DNA of 64,000 nt from Balanoglossus misakiensis (lineage: Eukaryota > Animalia > Hemichordata): NCBI GenBank assembly GCA_040954595.2, contig CM082590.2:1922001-1986000 (forward strand), given 5' to 3'. Below the pieces are notes generated by a model that saw nothing but the letters and a program-made list of their open reading frames with translations, searched no databases and was not told the origin of the DNA. Shown in pieces: positions 61,276-64,000 of the stretch; the first letter of the stretch is position 1, and each line of letters begins with the position of its first letter. Position numbers and translations under genes: made by a program.

Positions 61276-64000
61276 TTGGATATGTCTCTTGTTAAAAAGC
61301 ACAACAGTCATGATTGTGTTCACTTGAGTTTTGTCGCTGCCAGGACATAACCCAAATATTTTGATAATTTTGGCAATGACCCTTGATCTACTTGGATATG
61401 TCTCATGTTAAAAAGCACAACAGTCTTGATTTTGTTCACATGAGTATTATCGCTGCCAGGACATAACCCAAATATTTTGATAATTTTGGCAATGACCCTT
61501 GATCTACTTGGATATGTCTCTTGTTAAAAAGCACAACAGTCTTGATTTTGTTCACATAAGTTTTATCGCTGCCAGGACATAACGAAATATTTTGATCATT
61601 TTGGCAATGACTCTTGATCTACTTGGATATGTCTCTTGTTAAAAAGCACAACAGTCTTGATTTTGTTCACATGAGTTTTATCGCTGCCAGGACATAAACC
61701 AAATATATTGATAATTTTGGCAATGACCCTTGATCTACTTGGATATGTCTCTTGTTAAAATGCACAACAGTCTTGATTTTGTTCACATGAGTTTTATCAC
61801 TGCCAGGACATAACCCAAATATTTTGATAATTTTGGCAATGACTCTTGATCTACTTGGATATATCTCTTGTTAAAAAGCACAACAGTCTTGATTTTGTTC
61901 ACATGAATTTTATCGATGCCAGGACATAACCCAAATATTTTGTTAATTTTGGCAATGACCCTTCATCTACTTCGATATGTCTCATGTTAAAAAGCACAAC
62001 AGTCCTGATTGTGTTCACACGAGTTTTATTGCTGCCAGGACATAACCCAAATATTTTTATAATTTTGGCAATGACCCTTGATCTTCTTGGATATGTCTCT
62101 TGTTAAAAAGCACAACCGTCATGATTTTGTTCACATGAGTTTTATTGCTGCCAGGACATAACCCAAATATTTTGATAATTTTGGCAATGACCCTTGATCT
62201 ACTTGGATATGTCTCTTGTTAAAAAGCACAACAGTCAGGATTTTGTTCACATGAGTTTTATTGCTTCCAGGACATAACCAAAATATTTTGATAATTTTGG
62301 CAATGACTCTTGATGTACTTTGATATGTATCTTGTTAAAAAGCACAACAGTCTTGATTTTGTTAACATGTGTTTTATCGCTGCCAGGACATAACCAATAT
62401 ATTTTTATAATTTTGGCAATGACTCTTGATCTACTTGGATATGTCTCTTGTTAAAAAGCACAACAGTCTTGAATTTGTTCGCATGAGTTTTATCGCTGCC
62501 AGGACATAACCCAAATATATTTAAGCAATAAAACACCCCAAGCCATGGTATACCACGAGATTTTGACCAGTTCACGACATATACGCACGAGCGATAGCGA
62601 GTGCGTATATGCGCATAACCCAAATATTTTGATAATTTTGGCAATGACCCTTGATCTACTTGGATATGTCTATTGTTAAAAAGCACAACAGTCATGATTT
62701 TGTTCATATGAGTTTTATTGCTGCCAGGACATAACCCAAATATTTTGATAATTTTGGCAATGACCCTTGATCTACTTGGATATGTCTCTTGTTAAAAAGC
62801 ACAACAGTCAGGATTTTGTTCACATGAGTTTTATTGCTTCCAGGACATAACCAAAATATTTTGATAATTTTGGCAATGACTCTTGATCTACATTGATATG
62901 TCTCTTGTTAAAAAGCACAACAGTCAGGATTTTGTTCACATGAGTACTATTGCTGGCAGGACATAACCAAAATATTTTGATAATTTTGGCAATGACCCTT
63001 GATCTACTTGGATATGTCTCTTGTTAAAAAGCACAACAGTCATTAGTGTTCACAAGAGTTTTATCGCTGCCAGGACATAACCCAAATATTTTTATAATTT
63101 TGGCAATGACCCTTGATCTTCTTGGATATGTCTCTTGTTAAAAAGCACATCAGTCATGATTTTGTTCACATGAGTACTACTGCTGCCGGGACATAACCCG
63201 AATATTTTGATAATTTTGGCAATGACCCTTGATCTACTTGGATATGTCTATTGTTAAAAAGCACAACAGTCATGATTTTGTTCATATGAGTTTTATTGCT
63301 GCCAGGACATAACCCAAATATTTTGATAATTTTGGCAATGACCCTTGATCTACTTGGATATGTCTCTTGTTAAAAAGCACAACAGTCAGGATTTTGTTCA
63401 CATGAGTTTTATTGCTTCCAGGACATAACCAAAATATTTTGATAATTTTGGCAATGACTCTTGATCTACATTGATATGTCTCTTGTTAAAAAGCACAACA
63501 GTCAGGATTTTGTTCACATGAGTACTATTGCTGGCAGGACATAACCAAAATATTTTGATAATTTTGGCAACGACCCTTGATCTACTTGGATATGTCTCTT
63601 GTTAAAAAGCACAACAGTCATTAGTGTTCACAAGAGTTTTATCGCTGCCAGGACATAACCCAAATATTTTTATAATTTTGGCAATGACCCATGATCTTCT
63701 TGGATATGTCTCTTGTTAAAAAGCACAACAGTCATGATTGTGTTCACATAAATTCTATTGCTGTCAGGACATAACCCAAATATTTTGATAATTTTGGCAA
63801 TGACTCTTGATCTACTTGGACATGTCTCTTGTTAAAAAGCACAACAGTCTTGATTTTGTTCACATGAGTTTTATCGATGCCAGGACATAACCCAAATATT
63901 TTGATAATTATGGCAATGACCCTTGATCTACTTGGATATGTCTCTTGTTAAAAAGCACAACAGTCATGATTGTGTTCACACGAGTTTTATTGCTGCCAGG
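61272..64000. repeat. Satellite array 2 (116-bp monomer, >=22 copies, runs off the window)
   Basis: GATCTACTTGGATATGTCTCTTGTTAAAAAGCACAACAGTC.TGATTTTGTTCACATGAGTTTTAT.GCTGCCAGGACATAACCCAAATATTTTGATAATTTTGGCAATGACCCTT; GATCT at 61385, 61501, 61616, 61732. Confidence 0.96.
62519..62613. other. 95-bp foreign insertion in satellite 2 flanked by a 14-bp direct repeat
   Basis: CATAACCCAAATAT at 62505-62518 and 62614-62627; insert contains the hairpin CATATACGCAC-N12-GTGCGTATATG. Confidence 0.75.

Noticed and set aside
59441-62707. ORFs in the duplicated unit and satellite 2
   Set aside because: Non-ATG starts, frames not preserved between copies, translation of repeat sequence.

Overview
Eukaryotic (metazoan, probably marine invertebrate) repeat-rich DNA; nothing suggests a prokaryotic or phage origin. 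(1) 1287-34577 is a ~150-copy tandem satellite with a 142-bp monomer and higher-order duplications. (2) It is split by a structurally complete 11.9-kb CACTA/EnSpm DNA transposon (12520-24420; CACTG..CAGTG 24-bp TIRs, AGA TSD, subterminal ACGTATAT motifs). The element has two divergent spliced genes: a 4-exon Tnp2/Transposase_21-type transposase (+ strand, one premature TGA) and an intact 5-exon 321-aa accessory gene (- strand) whose C-terminal half resembles vertebrate C14orf93/RTFC (DUF4616). A decayed second copy of the accessory gene's exon 1 lies further inside the element. (3) 35-58 kb holds many non-autonomous DNA elements, including a four-level nested insertion, and an intron-containing MED25-like pseudogene with part of the ACID domain. 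(4) From ~61.3 kb to the end is a second satellite (116-bp monomer) whose monomer also occurs singly inside an adjacent ~0.9-kb duplicated unit. Family assignments come from recalled motifs; no database searches were run.
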